A program made the translations under genes and the position numbers. Source: Candidatus Omnitrophota bacterium (lineage in GTDB: Bacteria > Omnitrophota > Gorgyraeia > Zapsychrales > JANLHA01). Taken from it: 64,000 bases of DNA. The notes beneath the pieces were generated by a model that worked only from the letters and a program-made list of their open reading frames with translations, did no database searches and was not told the origin of the DNA. This document shows, piece by piece, positions 55,382-64,000 of the stretch; positions within the stretch are counted from its first letter, which is position 1, and each line of letters begins with the position of its first letter. The stretch covers positions 2,650,662-2,714,661 of the forward strand of contig OY759724.1 of the NCBI GenBank assembly GCA_963662715.1, written 5' to 3'.

Positions 55382-56251
55382 ATGTCCTCATCTTTTAAGA
55401 TGCCTCATATTTTTATCGCAAGCCATGACCAGAAATTAATTCAGCGGTTGGGCTTGCTATGCAAACAATCGGGATATCATTTGCATTGGCCCGGTCACGG
55501 GAGGGCGGCTATCCCGTCTGCCCTGGAAAGGTCTATCGATTTATTTGTTGTTGATGAGGAATGGAACAGCGGGTCTTCCTATGAGTTTTGTAAAAGCATA
55601 AAAACGACCAAGCAGTTTGCGGTGGTTCCCATAATTCTTCTTTTAAAACGGAAGCAGCGAGAAGAGGCTTTCAAAGTGTTGGGTGTGGAACGCATATGTT
55701 ATCAGCCGGTTGACGAATACTTTCTCTTGTCCCAAATATCCGGCCTTTTGATCCAAAAACCCCCGTCCTTTGAGAGTTTCGATGCCATCGTGTCCCAGCG
55801 CCAGTCCCGTTTATACCGCAAGAGAGTGCTTGTCGGGGGGCAGGACCAAAGAAGCGGGGGGCTTATGGTTCGGCTTTTGCAGGAGGAAGATTGTGATGTG
55901 ATTTCCGTGAACACCGGCCAAGAGCTTATCCGGCGGGCCAGGTCCTCTCGTCCGCAAATCATTATCATGGATGTGCTGCTGGGGGAGGGGAATTCATCCT
56001 TTGAAATTATTGAAGCTATCCGGGCGGACCCCGCCTGCCAGGGGATGCCGATATTCATTTACAGCTTTTACCGGGTTTCCGAACTGGGAAGTGAAGATAT
56101 TAATCAAAGGGTGAATATCGTTGATGACGCTGTCGAAGCCTGTCTCCAGGCCGGAGCGACGGCGTCTCTCGGTGGTTTTTCTGAAAGGACGTTTATTCAG
56201 AGGTTGAACCAGTGCCTGGCGGGGACGAAGATGAATGATCATGAATCCTAG
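55382..56251 (+). CDS. Tandem degenerate receiver-domain protein
   Basis: Two REC-like halves with acceptor Asp candidates ('LFVVDEEW', 'IIIMDVLLGEG') are present, but the N-terminal acidic pairs are degenerate. Confidence 0.55.
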   Translation: MSSSFKMPHIFIASHDQKLIQRLGLLCKQSGYHLHWPGHGRAAIPSALERSIDLFVVDEEWNSGSSYEFCKSIKTTKQFAVVPIILLLKRKQREEAFKVLGVERICYQPVDEYFLLSQISGLLIQKPPSFESFDAIVSQRQSRLYRKRVLVGGQDQRSGGLMVRLLQEEDCDVISVNTGQELIRRARSSRPQIIIMDVLLGEGNSSFEIIEAIRADPACQGMPIFIYSFYRVSELGSEDINQRVNIVDDAVEACLQAGATASLGGFSERTFIQRLNQCLAGTKMNDHES

Positions 56252-56260
56252 GAGGGAATA

Positions 56261-56620
56261 ATGAACGTTGCTGTCATTGGCGCCTCAGATAAAGAGGACC
56301 GGTATGCCTACAAGGCCATAAAACTCCTTAAAGAGCAGGGGCATAAAATTTTTCCTGTTCATCAAAGGGTCAAGACGGTGCAGGGGTTGTCTGTTTATCC
56401 GACGTTGGCGGATGTCGGAGAACCGCTGCACACCGTAACGCTTTATGTCGGGGCTGATGTTTCGACCCGGATCAAGGATGTCATTATCCAGAAACAGCCG
56501 CAACGGGTCATTTTTAATCCCGGGGCAGAGAATCCGGAGCTTGAAAAGCTGGCCCGGGAGAACGGGATTCAAGTCCTCAGGGCCTGTACTATTATTCTGT
56601 TGAAAACAAATCAGTTTTAG
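56261..56620 (+). CDS. CoA-binding domain protein (YccU-like)
   Basis: The sequence 'VAVIGASDKEDRYAYKAIKLLKEQGHKIFPV' is the CoA-binding Rossmann-like motif. Confidence 0.65.
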   Translation: MNVAVIGASDKEDRYAYKAIKLLKEQGHKIFPVHQRVKTVQGLSVYPTLADVGEPLHTVTLYVGADVSTRIKDVIIQKQPQRVIFNPGAENPELEKLARENGIQVLRACTIILLKTNQF

Positions 56621-56645
56621 CCCAAAACCATGAAAGGTTGGAAAT

Positions 56646-56969
56646 ATGCCTGAGCAGGTTATGGCCCCTGAATCCCTGAAGAGGATCAGCGGGATACATT
56701 GTTTGTCCAAAGAGTATAACAATAAGGTCCGTAAAGACCACAGCCAGCGATTGCTGGAGTTGATGGAAAAACACGTGGCCGAAATCAGGGATTTAAAAGA
56801 AGCTCAGAATAAGCATTTTCTGGTGGAAACGGGGGATTTGATTATCCTCTGTTTTGAGCTGCTTCTTGAGCATCAATATCCCATCGATGATATGATATCG
56901 CGTTGCTTCGGCCGCTATGAGACGAAGCTCAAGACATTATTGCTCGAAGCTGATGCTGAAATATTTTAA
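56646..56969 (+). CDS. Small helical hypothetical protein (MazG-like?)
   Basis: The weak 'ETGDLIILCFELLLEH' segment resembles a MazG/NTP-PPase helix. Confidence 0.3.
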   Translation: MPEQVMAPESLKRISGIHCLSKEYNNKVRKDHSQRLLELMEKHVAEIRDLKEAQNKHFLVETGDLIILCFELLLEHQYPIDDMISRCFGRYETKLKTLLLEADAEIF

Positions 56970-57016
56970 TATCTTTGCCGGAGAAGACATTTAGCCGATA
57001 TCCTCATTGACAAGTT

Positions 57017-57045
57017 TTGGGAAATCAGGCATACTAAAATTGAAG
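57017..57045 (+). promoter_or_regulatory. Candidate sigma70 promoter for cspA with long 5' UTR
   Basis: TTGACA (57017-57022), a 17-nt spacer and CATACT (57040-57045) would give a ~150-nt leader, which is typical of cold-shock genes. Confidence 0.35.
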
Positions 57046-57199
57046 TAAATAATAGCGTAGAAGTAGGTTACTTTTTTGGTGCCCTTTGGGACTTCATCCT
57101 GTGAAGTCGGTCCGTTGTGATTTTTCTGACATGAGGAGTACGAAAGGTACCCGTTTCTGCCATTATTTGCTTGTATGAATGTAGAAAGGAGGGTAAGTA

Positions 57200-57400
57200 A
57201 TGGCAAAGGGTAAAGTGAAATGGTTTAATAACCAAAAGGGCTATGGTTTTATATCCCGCGATGAGGGTGAAGATGTTTTTGTCCATCATTCCGCGATACT
57301 GGGTGAAGGATATAAAACCCTGCAAGAAGGCCAAGATGTCGAATTTGAGATTGAAAACGGTCCTAAAGGTGATCATGCAAAAAATGTCGTAAAACAATAA
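57200..57400 (+). CDS. cspA: Cold-shock protein (CspA family)
   Basis: The RNP1/RNP2 motifs are present ('[31 protein letters not shown]'). The length is 66 aa and an RBS AGGAGGG precedes the ATG. Confidence 0.9.
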   Translation: MAKGKVKWFNNQKGYGFISRDEGEDVFVHHSAILGEGYKTLQEGQDVEFEIENGPKGDHAKNVVKQ

Positions 57401-57428
57401 TTTATATTTTTTATCTGTAACTGTTTAA

Positions 57429-57463
57429 GGAGGCCTCATAAAACTGTGAGGCCTCCTGTTTTT
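57429..57463 (+). terminator. Rho-independent terminator of cspA
   Basis: The hairpin GGAGGCCTCA-taaaactg-TGAGGCCTCC is followed by TGTTTTT. Confidence 0.75.
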
Positions 57464-57602
57464 ATCCTCATTTTTCTTTGAGGAAGGAGGGGCTGAAATC
57501 CGTCAATGTCCGGTTGTCCACGCCGGAAGCGGGCTAAAATGCCATCGTTAAAAGATGGCCGCTATTTCATTTGTTCTTTGCAGGAACTTTTTTACCATTT
57601 CA

Positions 57603-57631
57603 TTGACAATGGGGGTTTTCTTTTGTAATAT
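57603..57631 (+). promoter_or_regulatory. Candidate sigma70 promoter upstream of quinone oxidoreductase gene
   Basis: TTGACA (57603-57608), a 17-nt spacer and TAATAT (57626-57631) are present. An inverted repeat CCTCTGA-N10-TCAGAGG lies downstream at ~57660-57690. Confidence 0.45.
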
Positions 57632-57751
57632 TCGTTTATGGAAAGGATTTATTGAGAGATCCTCTGAACCATTGGTCTCAGAGGTTTTGTCATGAGAGGC
57701 CGGGCATATTATCATGAAGCCCGGCTGACCGTCTTCATTTTAATATTTGAT

Positions 57752-58720
57752 ATGCAAGCGATACGTATCCATAGTTTTGGTGACAGCCAGGTCCTGCGGT
57801 TTGAGTCCGTCGAATCACAAACCCCGCAGCCAGGCCAAATCCTTGTTGAAATCAAGGCTGCCGGAGTCAACCCCGTTGACACATATATCCGTCAGGGGAT
57901 GTATCCTCTTGATATTCAGCTTCCCTTTACCCCGGGCATGGATGCCGCAGGCGTCATCCGTGAAGTCGGGGAGGGGGTGACCAGATTCGCAAAAGGTGAC
58001 AGGGTTTATATCAGCGGGATTTATATCGGGACCTATGCGGAAGAAGCTGTCTGCCATGTTAATGAAGCGGTCTTCTTGCCGGACAATCTCAGCTTTTCCC
58101 AAGGGGCGGCCATTGGGGTGCCTTTTGCTACAGCTTATCGCGCTTTGTTCTCCAAGGCCCAGGCGGTCGATAAAGAGACCGTTATGGTTCACGGGGGTAG
58201 CGGAGGGGTGGGGACGGTGTCTGTTCAGCTTGCAAAATGCCTTGGCCTGAAGGTCATTGCAACAGCAGGAAGTGAAAAAGGGATGGCTTTACTTGAATCC
58301 CTTGGCGCGGATCTTGTTTTAAATCACAATAGCGGTCATTATGCCAAAAAAGTTTTAGATTTTACCAATGGGCGCGGCGTTCAAATTATCCTGGAAATGC
58401 TGGCGAACAAAAATTTAGCGGAAGATTTAAAACTCCTCGATCAGAATGGCCGGGTTGTCATTATCGGCTGCCGCGGGGAAATAGCCATCAACCCCCGTGA
58501 TGCCATGGCCCGTGATGCGACGGTTTACGGGATGTCCCTGCTTAATTTAACGGCAGAGGAAAGACAGAAGATTTACCAGGCATTGACCTCGTATTTTCAG
58601 GACGGGAGACTTTCTCCCGTCATCGGCAGGGAATTGAAACTGCAGGACGCCCCGTTGGCCCATGAAACCGTTATGCAGCAGGGAGCTTATGGAAAGATCG
58701 TTCTCCTTTGCGGCTCCTGA
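57752..58720 (+). CDS. qor: NADPH:quinone oxidoreductase / zinc-type alcohol dehydrogenase-family (MDR) protein
   Basis: A GroES-like N-terminus and the Rossmann motif 'VMVHGGSGGVGTVSVQLAK' (typical of quinone-oxidoreductase-type MDRs) are present. The start was set at ATG 57752. Confidence 0.8.
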   Translation: MQAIRIHSFGDSQVLRFESVESQTPQPGQILVEIKAAGVNPVDTYIRQGMYPLDIQLPFTPGMDAAGVIREVGEGVTRFAKGDRVYISGIYIGTYAEEAVCHVNEAVFLPDNLSFSQGAAIGVPFATAYRALFSKAQAVDKETVMVHGGSGGVGTVSVQLAKCLGLKVIATAGSEKGMALLESLGADLVLNHNSGHYAKKVLDFTNGRGVQIILEMLANKNLAEDLKLLDQNGRVVIIGCRGEIAINPRDAMARDATVYGMSLLNLTAEERQKIYQALTSYFQDGRLSPVIGRELKLQDAPLAHETVMQQGAYGKIVLLCGS

Positions 58721-58778
58721 TGCGGGTTTCCCGAGTTTGTAGCGTCTGTCATGCTCCATTTTAAAACCATATTTTGTC

Positions 58779-59261
58779 ATGCAAAAACGACCTTTTGGAG
58801 TTGCTGTCATTAGCAGTTTGATGATTGTCATTGGAGGCTTTTCGACTCTGATTATTTTTATCATCATCCTGGACTCCGTTCGTATTTACGGCTTCAGTTC
58901 CATCCTCATATCCAGCCCTGCGGCCCTGATCGGTTTTATGTTGTACGGTTTAGTCCCGGTCCTGTTCTACGCTGCCGGAGTCAGTCTTTATATGGCGAGA
59001 AAATGGGCCAGGACCGTAACGGTCACGCTCATTCCTCTGGCGAGTTTTCTGCTTTTTATCAATTGGAAATACCGGCTTGCCCATGAACAGACAGTGCTTT
59101 TTAATCCCGGGATCGGGGATGTGGTTTATGAAAGGCTTGATTTCTTTTTGTTGTCTCTTTTACAGTTTTTCTTGGTCTTCATTCCTATCGAATATTATTT
59201 TCACCGCCCCCATGTCATGAGTTATTTTCATGATGTCGAAACGAAACCAGTTTCCTCATGA
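58779..59261 (+). CDS. Hypothetical integral membrane protein (4 TM)
   Basis: Four hydrophobic helices are present. Confidence 0.4.
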   Translation: MQKRPFGVAVISSLMIVIGGFSTLIIFIIILDSVRIYGFSSILISSPAALIGFMLYGLVPVLFYAAGVSLYMARKWARTVTVTLIPLASFLLFINWKYRLAHEQTVLFNPGIGDVVYERLDFFLLSLLQFFLVFIPIEYYFHRPHVMSYFHDVETKPVSS

Positions 59262-59420
59262 TCCTCTATAGTATTATTTATTAAATTAACCCCGCCTCTC
59301 TTGTTTTGCCTAAAGAATATGTTACACTTTCCTTATAATTCTTCTGAGAGGAAGAAAACGCTTTTTTCTATGTAAGATGTTTATTTTTAATATGTTATGT
59401 ATTATTAGAGCGGTCTGCCA

Positions 59421-60593
59421 ATGAATAATATCTGCTTGAAACACACATATATAAGAAGGACAAGACTTATTCTTTGTTTGATAATCTGTTTTTTCATAAC
59501 AGAAAAGAATGCCTGTTCCTTCACGACGCCGCATCCGGTGGATTGTTTTGAAAAAGGTCTCAAAGCCCTGGAGACCTATAACGGGGACGTCCAGGACTTG
59601 GCCGAAGCCAAACAGATCTTCGGGAATATTATCCTCCGTTATCCGGACTCTCCGCTGGGTTATCTGGGGATGAGCCGTGTCCAGATCATCGAAGCCACTC
59701 TGTTCGACAAGCATTACAATATGAAGCTGATTCATGAAGAAGCCCTGCCTAATGCCGTTAAGGCTCTTGAATTAGGGCCGACTTTGCGCGGTGTGCATGA
59801 ACACTACTCTGACATAGAAAAAATTTTTGAGAACTATTACCTTTATAAAAAAGAAGCACAGATTTATCTGACGCTATATCCGGATGATCCTAAAACATTT
59901 TTTGTCGCCGGATCGTTTGTCCTGGAGCAGGATGAACTGCAGAAAGCCGTTGAATATTTGTTAATCGCTCTTGATATGAATCCTCATCCGGAATTGCGGC
60001 AGCAGATATTAAAAAGGCTGGCGTGGATTAATCTTAACAAGTTTCAGAACTACAACGAAACGGTCAAATACTGCAAAGAGGCCTTGGAACTTCAAACGGA
60101 ATCCCCGGAAATTATCGAGTACTTGGGGCTCGCCTATTTGAAGCTGGGGGAATACCGTGAGTCGGTGAGGTCCCTGTCCCGTGCCCTACACATGAAGACG
60201 TCCAGTCCCGCAGCCCAGTATTACTTTCTCCTGGCGCAAGGGCACTTGGCAGAAAAGAACGGTGATATCCGCGATGCCGTACATTTCTTTGAAAAAGCTT
60301 TGCACACCCGGAACAGGAGTATTGACATCCATTACAAACTGGGGAATCTATATTTTGATATGGCTGATTATAAAAAAGCCTATGATCATTTCCGACGGGT
60401 TATAGATTTGCAGCCGGATAAGGCCAATGCCTATTTCTTTGCCGGGCGTTCGATTCAGTCTTTGGGGAATAATCACCTGGCCGTAAATTATTTTTCCAAG
60501 TACCTCACGTTCAAGACCGATGAGCAGAAGGTGAAGTGGATACGACAGAATATGCCTGATTTATTCTTTCATGACCAGCTTGGTCAGAGATAG
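59421..60593 (+). CDS. Secreted TPR-repeat protein
   Basis: A signal-like N-terminus and many TPR-like 34-mers are present ('AYLKLGEYRESVRSLSRALHM...', 'YYFLLAQGHLAEKNGDIRDAVHFFEKAL'). Confidence 0.6.
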   Translation: MNNICLKHTYIRRTRLILCLIICFFITEKNACSFTTPHPVDCFEKGLKALETYNGDVQDLAEAKQIFGNIILRYPDSPLGYLGMSRVQIIEATLFDKHYNMKLIHEEALPNAVKALELGPTLRGVHEHYSDIEKIFENYYLYKKEAQIYLTLYPDDPKTFFVAGSFVLEQDELQKAVEYLLIALDMNPHPELRQQILKRLAWINLNKFQNYNETVKYCKEALELQTESPEIIEYLGLAYLKLGEYRESVRSLSRALHMKTSSPAAQYYFLLAQGHLAEKNGDIRDAVHFFEKALHTRNRSIDIHYKLGNLYFDMADYKKAYDHFRRVIDLQPDKANAYFFAGRSIQSLGNNHLAVNYFSKYLTFKTDEQKVKWIRQNMPDLFFHDQLGQR

Positions 60594-60639
60594 TGCGTCA
60601 TTGGACTCATGGAGAAACCTGTGAGCAGGAAGAGGGATC

Positions 60640-61836
60640 ATGCAGATAAACCCCGGAATGAAAAGAAAATTATCCGTTCTGGTCGTTGAAAACAATCAGG
60701 TCGACAGCAGGATGCTGAGAGGGATGCTGGAGAAGACGACGTACGGATCCTTTTCCCTCGAATGCTGTGAATGTCTGGCCAAGGCCTGTGAGGCTTTGGC
60801 GCAGCATGATTATGACGTGATCCTCCTGGACCTGAACCTGGCGGACAGCCGCGGGCTGGACACTTTAGACAAAATCCACAGCAAATTCCCCCACTTACCC
60901 ATTGTTATCAACACCGGAGCCTACCAGGATAATCTGGGATTAAAAGCCATCACAAGCGGGGCTCAGGATTATCTGATCAAAGGAAAATATCTGCCGTACG
61001 GGTTAAGTAAGTCGCTTTATTATGCCGTAGAAAGAAAAAAGGCCGAGCAGGAATTAAAGGCGGCCTATAATTATTTGAGAGAAACACAGGCTCAGCTCAT
61101 ACAGGCAGAAAAGATTAATGTGATCGGCGGATTAGCCAGCGGAGTGGCCCATGAAGTCAAGAATCCGTTAGCCACGATCATTTACGGGATCGAGTTCTTG
61201 TATACCAAATTCGAAGATGTTGAAGATGATCAGATTCAGGTAACGTTAAAAGCGATTCACGAGGCGGCCACCAAGGCCAACCGGATCATCAAAGACCTTT
61301 TAGACTTTGCGAGTCTCTCAGCCCTGCAGAGAAAGAGCGAAGACATCAATCAGGTGATAGACCACGCTTTAACGCTTATTCACCACCAGTGCGACAAGCT
61401 ATCCATTGCTATTCAGAAACGTTATGATGAAACTCTGCCCCTGATACATATCGACAGAAACCGGATTGAACAGGTCATACTTGATTTGACTCTGAACGCC
61501 ATTCAGTCGATGAAAAAAGGCGGGCAGCTGGAGATCGCGACTTACCAGAAGGAATATGAGAAGGAGGACGACGGATGGCCCGGCCCTCCGTCAAACGATT
61601 TTAGGCCCGGCGACCCGGTCGTCATCGTTGATATTGCCGACAGCGGTTCCGGTATCGGCGAGAAATTATTAACAAAAATATTTGATCCGTTTTTCACGAC
61701 AAAGCGGGCTGAGGGAGGCGTGGGGCTCGGGTTGTCGATTGCCCGGACGATCATGCACAACCATAAAGGCTTGATCAGCATAAAAAACAGGGAAAACGGA
61801 GCCGGGGCGCAGGCCCGGCTCATTTTTAAAGTGTGA
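60640..61836 (+). CDS. Hybrid REC - HisKA - HATPase_c histidine kinase
   Basis: The REC domain ('VLVVENNQVDSRML', 'ILLDLNLADSRG'), the H-box 'VAHEVKNPLATI' and the ATPase boxes 'LTLNAIQS', 'DSGSGI' and 'GVGLGLSIAR' are present. Confidence 0.85.
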   Translation: MQINPGMKRKLSVLVVENNQVDSRMLRGMLEKTTYGSFSLECCECLAKACEALAQHDYDVILLDLNLADSRGLDTLDKIHSKFPHLPIVINTGAYQDNLGLKAITSGAQDYLIKGKYLPYGLSKSLYYAVERKKAEQELKAAYNYLRETQAQLIQAEKINVIGGLASGVAHEVKNPLATIIYGIEFLYTKFEDVEDDQIQVTLKAIHEAATKANRIIKDLLDFASLSALQRKSEDINQVIDHALTLIHHQCDKLSIAIQKRYDETLPLIHIDRNRIEQVILDLTLNAIQSMKKGGQLEIATYQKEYEKEDDGWPGPPSNDFRPGDPVVIVDIADSGSGIGEKLLTKIFDPFFTTKRAEGGVGLGLSIARTIMHNHKGLISIKNRENGAGAQARLIFKV

Positions 61837-61846
61837 GCGGGACAGG

Positions 61847-62224
61847 ATGCGAAAGGCAAAGATCCTTATTATAGATGATGAACGCGGTTTTACTGAAATG
61901 GTGAAGCTTAACCTTGAGTCGACGAACCGCTACCGGGTTATTGTTGAGAATGATTCGCAAATCGCCCTGGAGACCATCATCCGGACGCAGCCGGATATTA
62001 TTCTGCTGGATGTCATCATGCCGTATAAAGAAGGGCCGGACATCGTTTATCAGGTCAGAAATCACCCGCTTGTCCAGGATATCCCCATCATTTTTTTTAC
62101 CGCCACCATTACAAAAAATGAAGCGTCATCGGATTGCGGTATCGTCGGAGGACACTATTTTCTTGCCAAACCATCCTCGGTCGAAGAACTGATCGCCTGT
62201 ATTGAGAGCCATTTGGATGATTGA
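61847..62224 (+). CDS. Stand-alone receiver domain protein
   Basis: The REC motifs 'ILIIDDERGFTEMV', 'IILLDVIMPYKEGPD' and 'LAKP' are present. The gene overlaps the kinase stop. Confidence 0.8.
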   Translation: MRKAKILIIDDERGFTEMVKLNLESTNRYRVIVENDSQIALETIIRTQPDIILLDVIMPYKEGPDIVYQVRNHPLVQDIPIIFFTATITKNEASSDCGIVGGHYFLAKPSSVEELIACIESHLDD

Positions 62225-62307
62225 AGACATCCCCCGGCTCTTCCAATCTCGCGGGACTCCTAAAATAAAAGACATTATATGTTTTCCATTTTAGAATTTT
62301 TGCTATA

Positions 62308-63240
62308 ATGCAGCCGATGAACCGTAAAGGCGCTTTTATTTCCAGAATTTACGTATTTATCCTCAGCAGCTTTTTAGGCATGGCGAGTATGCCTTCATCG
62401 GGGGCGGCGTCCCTGTTTGATAAGCATACGGAAGGGGATTGGACATTTTTTATCCGGAGTGCAAAGCTTGTCCCTCTGCCGATCCAAGCCGAACTTGTCC
62501 AGGCCCCGTTTTCTTCGCCGCATCTTGTTTGGTCAGAGGACGAATCCCTGCAAATCCTGTCCATTGAACTGGCCATCCTGTATAAGGGGCAACCGTATGC
62601 TGTGAAGGATCCGAGTCAAATCCATTTTGACCTGAAAGACCGCAAAGGAACGCCCATGCACCTTTTAAGTGCTGAGCAGGGAGCAGGGGCTTTTGAGCTT
62701 CCTGCCGTAAAGGAGTCGTCTGACGCACCTCCTGACCTGCTGTCCAATAACGTTTATTTTCAGCTGTCTCATCAGGCCCTGGATGATTTTTCTCTGCAGG
62801 TAGATATCGCAGAGCCCGGCATTCATTCGGCATTTGAACTTCCCGTCCCCAAGGACATGATTCAGGTTGTTTCACGCGCCGCCCAAGAACGCACACCGGT
62901 TGAGGAGGATATCATCATCCTTTCTCCCGCCCCCGGAATGCCTGTTTGCCCGGGGGACGAGGTCTCTTTGAATATTGAGTTTTCCGATCATGTCGCGAGG
63001 CCGGATAAGATATTGATCCTCTCACCTTTTTATTCTTTCGAAGATGCGTATGCCAACGGTCATTATGCCCTGCGTATTGAAAAGCACGCCCCGCTCGGCG
63101 CCTATGACGTTCTTATTATTGCCGTCTGGGACAGCCGTCATCTGCAGACTACAGCATCTAAGTTATTGCCGTTAAAAGTGATAAATAACAGGAAGAAGAA
63201 TCCTGCCCCGCGCATGTGCCCTTTGCTTCGGGAAATCTGA
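62308..63240 (+). CDS. Secreted hypothetical protein
   Basis: A signal peptide-like N-terminus is present; no recognised domain. Confidence 0.4.
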   Translation: MQPMNRKGAFISRIYVFILSSFLGMASMPSSGAASLFDKHTEGDWTFFIRSAKLVPLPIQAELVQAPFSSPHLVWSEDESLQILSIELAILYKGQPYAVKDPSQIHFDLKDRKGTPMHLLSAEQGAGAFELPAVKESSDAPPDLLSNNVYFQLSHQALDDFSLQVDIAEPGIHSAFELPVPKDMIQVVSRAAQERTPVEEDIIILSPAPGMPVCPGDEVSLNIEFSDHVARPDKILILSPFYSFEDAYANGHYALRIEKHAPLGAYDVLIIAVWDSRHLQTTASKLLPLKVINNRKKNPAPRMCPLLREI

Positions 63241-63347
63241 GGTGTTTTTCTCGGGCGATGATGATCTAGTCCTTGAATCTGAATATTTTTAGTGATATAA
63301 TTCTCCGATTATTCATTTCATTTATTAATCCCGGAAACAAAACTATT

Positions 63348-64000
63348 ATGCGCAGAGCGTTAACAATTATTCTTTGCTTATGTTTACTGTCGTCCTTTTG
63401 GGCCTGTCCCTGTCCGGTTCATGCGGAGGATGATTATTCCCTGGTCTCTTATTATTTGTCCCGGGGCGAGAAGAAACTTGAGAAAGAGGACTTTCTTGCG
63501 GCGATGAATCAGTTCCTGATTGTCATGCTGCTGGAACCCTCCCAGAAAGCCGCCCGGGAATATCTCCAGCGTTCGGAAATCAGTGCCGTATTGCCCGCAC
63601 AGTTTGATCAATATAAGCTGAAGAAATTCCTTGATCTTGCGGACCAGACCGATTTCCTGAACTCCCGTATTGCCTATGTCGATGAGTCTAACGAAAGACT
63701 GTTTGATTTTATTCACAAGAATAACCTTGTGACAGCGGAGAACCGGGATAATATCAACGCTTTAATGGCTCTTGTCAAACCCAAGAGAGATATTTCTTCG
63801 CTGACGGCTAAATTAGAACAGTTGCGGGATGCCGAAGACGTCGAAACTCTGGGCCTGGCCATTAAACTGATGCTTGAACAGAAAGAACGGTCGATCCAAG
63901 TGTTGCAGGCAAGACAAAAAATCAATAAACAGCTGCGGACATTGAAACAGGCGTTGCTGGAAAAGGAAATCTCCCGTCAGAAATCTGCTGAGGTTGAAAC
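63348..64000 (+). CDS. 5' part of a lipoprotein-like hypothetical CDS running off the window end
   Basis: An ATG at 63348 is followed by a signal / lipobox-like 'LCLCLLSSFWAC'. The frame is open to position 64000 with helical heptad-rich sequence. It is not in the ORF track because no stop falls within the window. Confidence 0.4.
   Translation, partial: MRRALTIILCLCLLSSFWACPCPVHAEDDYSLVSYYLSRGEKKLEKEDFLAAMNQFLIVMLLEPSQKAAREYLQRSEISAVLPAQFDQYKLKKFLDLADQTDFLNSRIAYVDESNERLFDFIHKNNLVTAENRDNINALMALVKPKRDISSLTAKLEQLRDAEDVETLGLAIKLMLEQKERSIQVLQARQKINKQLRTLKQALLEKEISRQKSAEVE

Noticed and set aside
57483-57648. Possible 47-aa ORF after a GGAAGGAGG sequence in the cspA-qor intergenic region
   Set aside because: The spacing from the SD-like sequence to the ATG (~14 nt) is poor. 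The frame runs through the predicted qor promoter and shows no conservation features. It is more likely regulatory DNA.
63384-63925. Two minus-strand ORFs (63384-63716, 63713-63925) listed in the ORF track
   Set aside because: A plus-strand frame starting at ATG 63348 with a lipoprotein-like signal runs uninterrupted to the end of the window and reads like a real helical protein. The minus-strand ORFs are probably its shadows.
1-64000. CRISPR arrays, tRNA or rRNA genes
   Set aside because: I scanned intergenic regions for regularly spaced direct repeats and for tRNA-like GC-rich cloverleaf segments (e.g. GGTTCGAAT-type T-arms) and found none. All larger intergenic gaps are AT-rich promoter-like DNA.

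Overview
This is a 64-kb bacterial chromosomal segment with dense, mostly plus-strand coding and moderate GC. The gene content suggests a motile, diderm, probably anaerobic environmental bacterium: rubredoxin, three unrelated radical-SAM enzymes, ferritin/AOX-like diiron proteins, a TonB receptor and a beta-barrel porin.

Features in map order:
- An IS3-family insertion sequence (orfA/orfB with a -1 frameshift) sits directly against the 5' end of a glycogen-debranching-enzyme-like gene.
- A porin, a ferritin-like protein and a methyl-accepting chemotaxis protein follow.
- A secreted GH5 glycoside hydrolase carries two CBM4/9-like modules. It is followed by a TonB-dependent receptor and a family-5 solute-binding protein.
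- Immediately after these lies the most interesting locus. An unannotated 35-codon ORF with a perfect Shine-Dalgarno sequence lies 73 nt upstream of an RRE(PqqD-like)-radical SAM-SPASM enzyme. That enzyme is followed by a sensor kinase, an AraC-type response regulator, a REC-PAS hybrid kinase and a stand-alone receiver. This looks like a candidate RiPP or peptide-signalling circuit.
- Further on is an ECF sigma, soluble anti-sigma, transmembrane CHAT-protease operon, with a convergent polytopic-membrane B12-radical-SAM gene.
- A spermidine synthase, saccharopine-dehydrogenase-like, SET-domain, TPR operon follows.
- A PFL-activase/AmrS-like radical SAM carries a textbook twin-arginine signal. 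It sits next to rubredoxin, an FNR-like reductase and an orphan hypB.
- A complete Bacillus/Thermotoga-style chemotaxis operon is present (cheX-like, cheY, cheW x2, PilZ, cheR, cheB, cheA, cheD, cheC-like, cheY). It is followed by CBS, an AOX/PTOX-like diiron protein and more receivers.
- Towards the end are cspA, a quinone oxidoreductase, TPR proteins and a further REC-HK/REC pair.

No rRNA, tRNA or CRISPR array was recognised.
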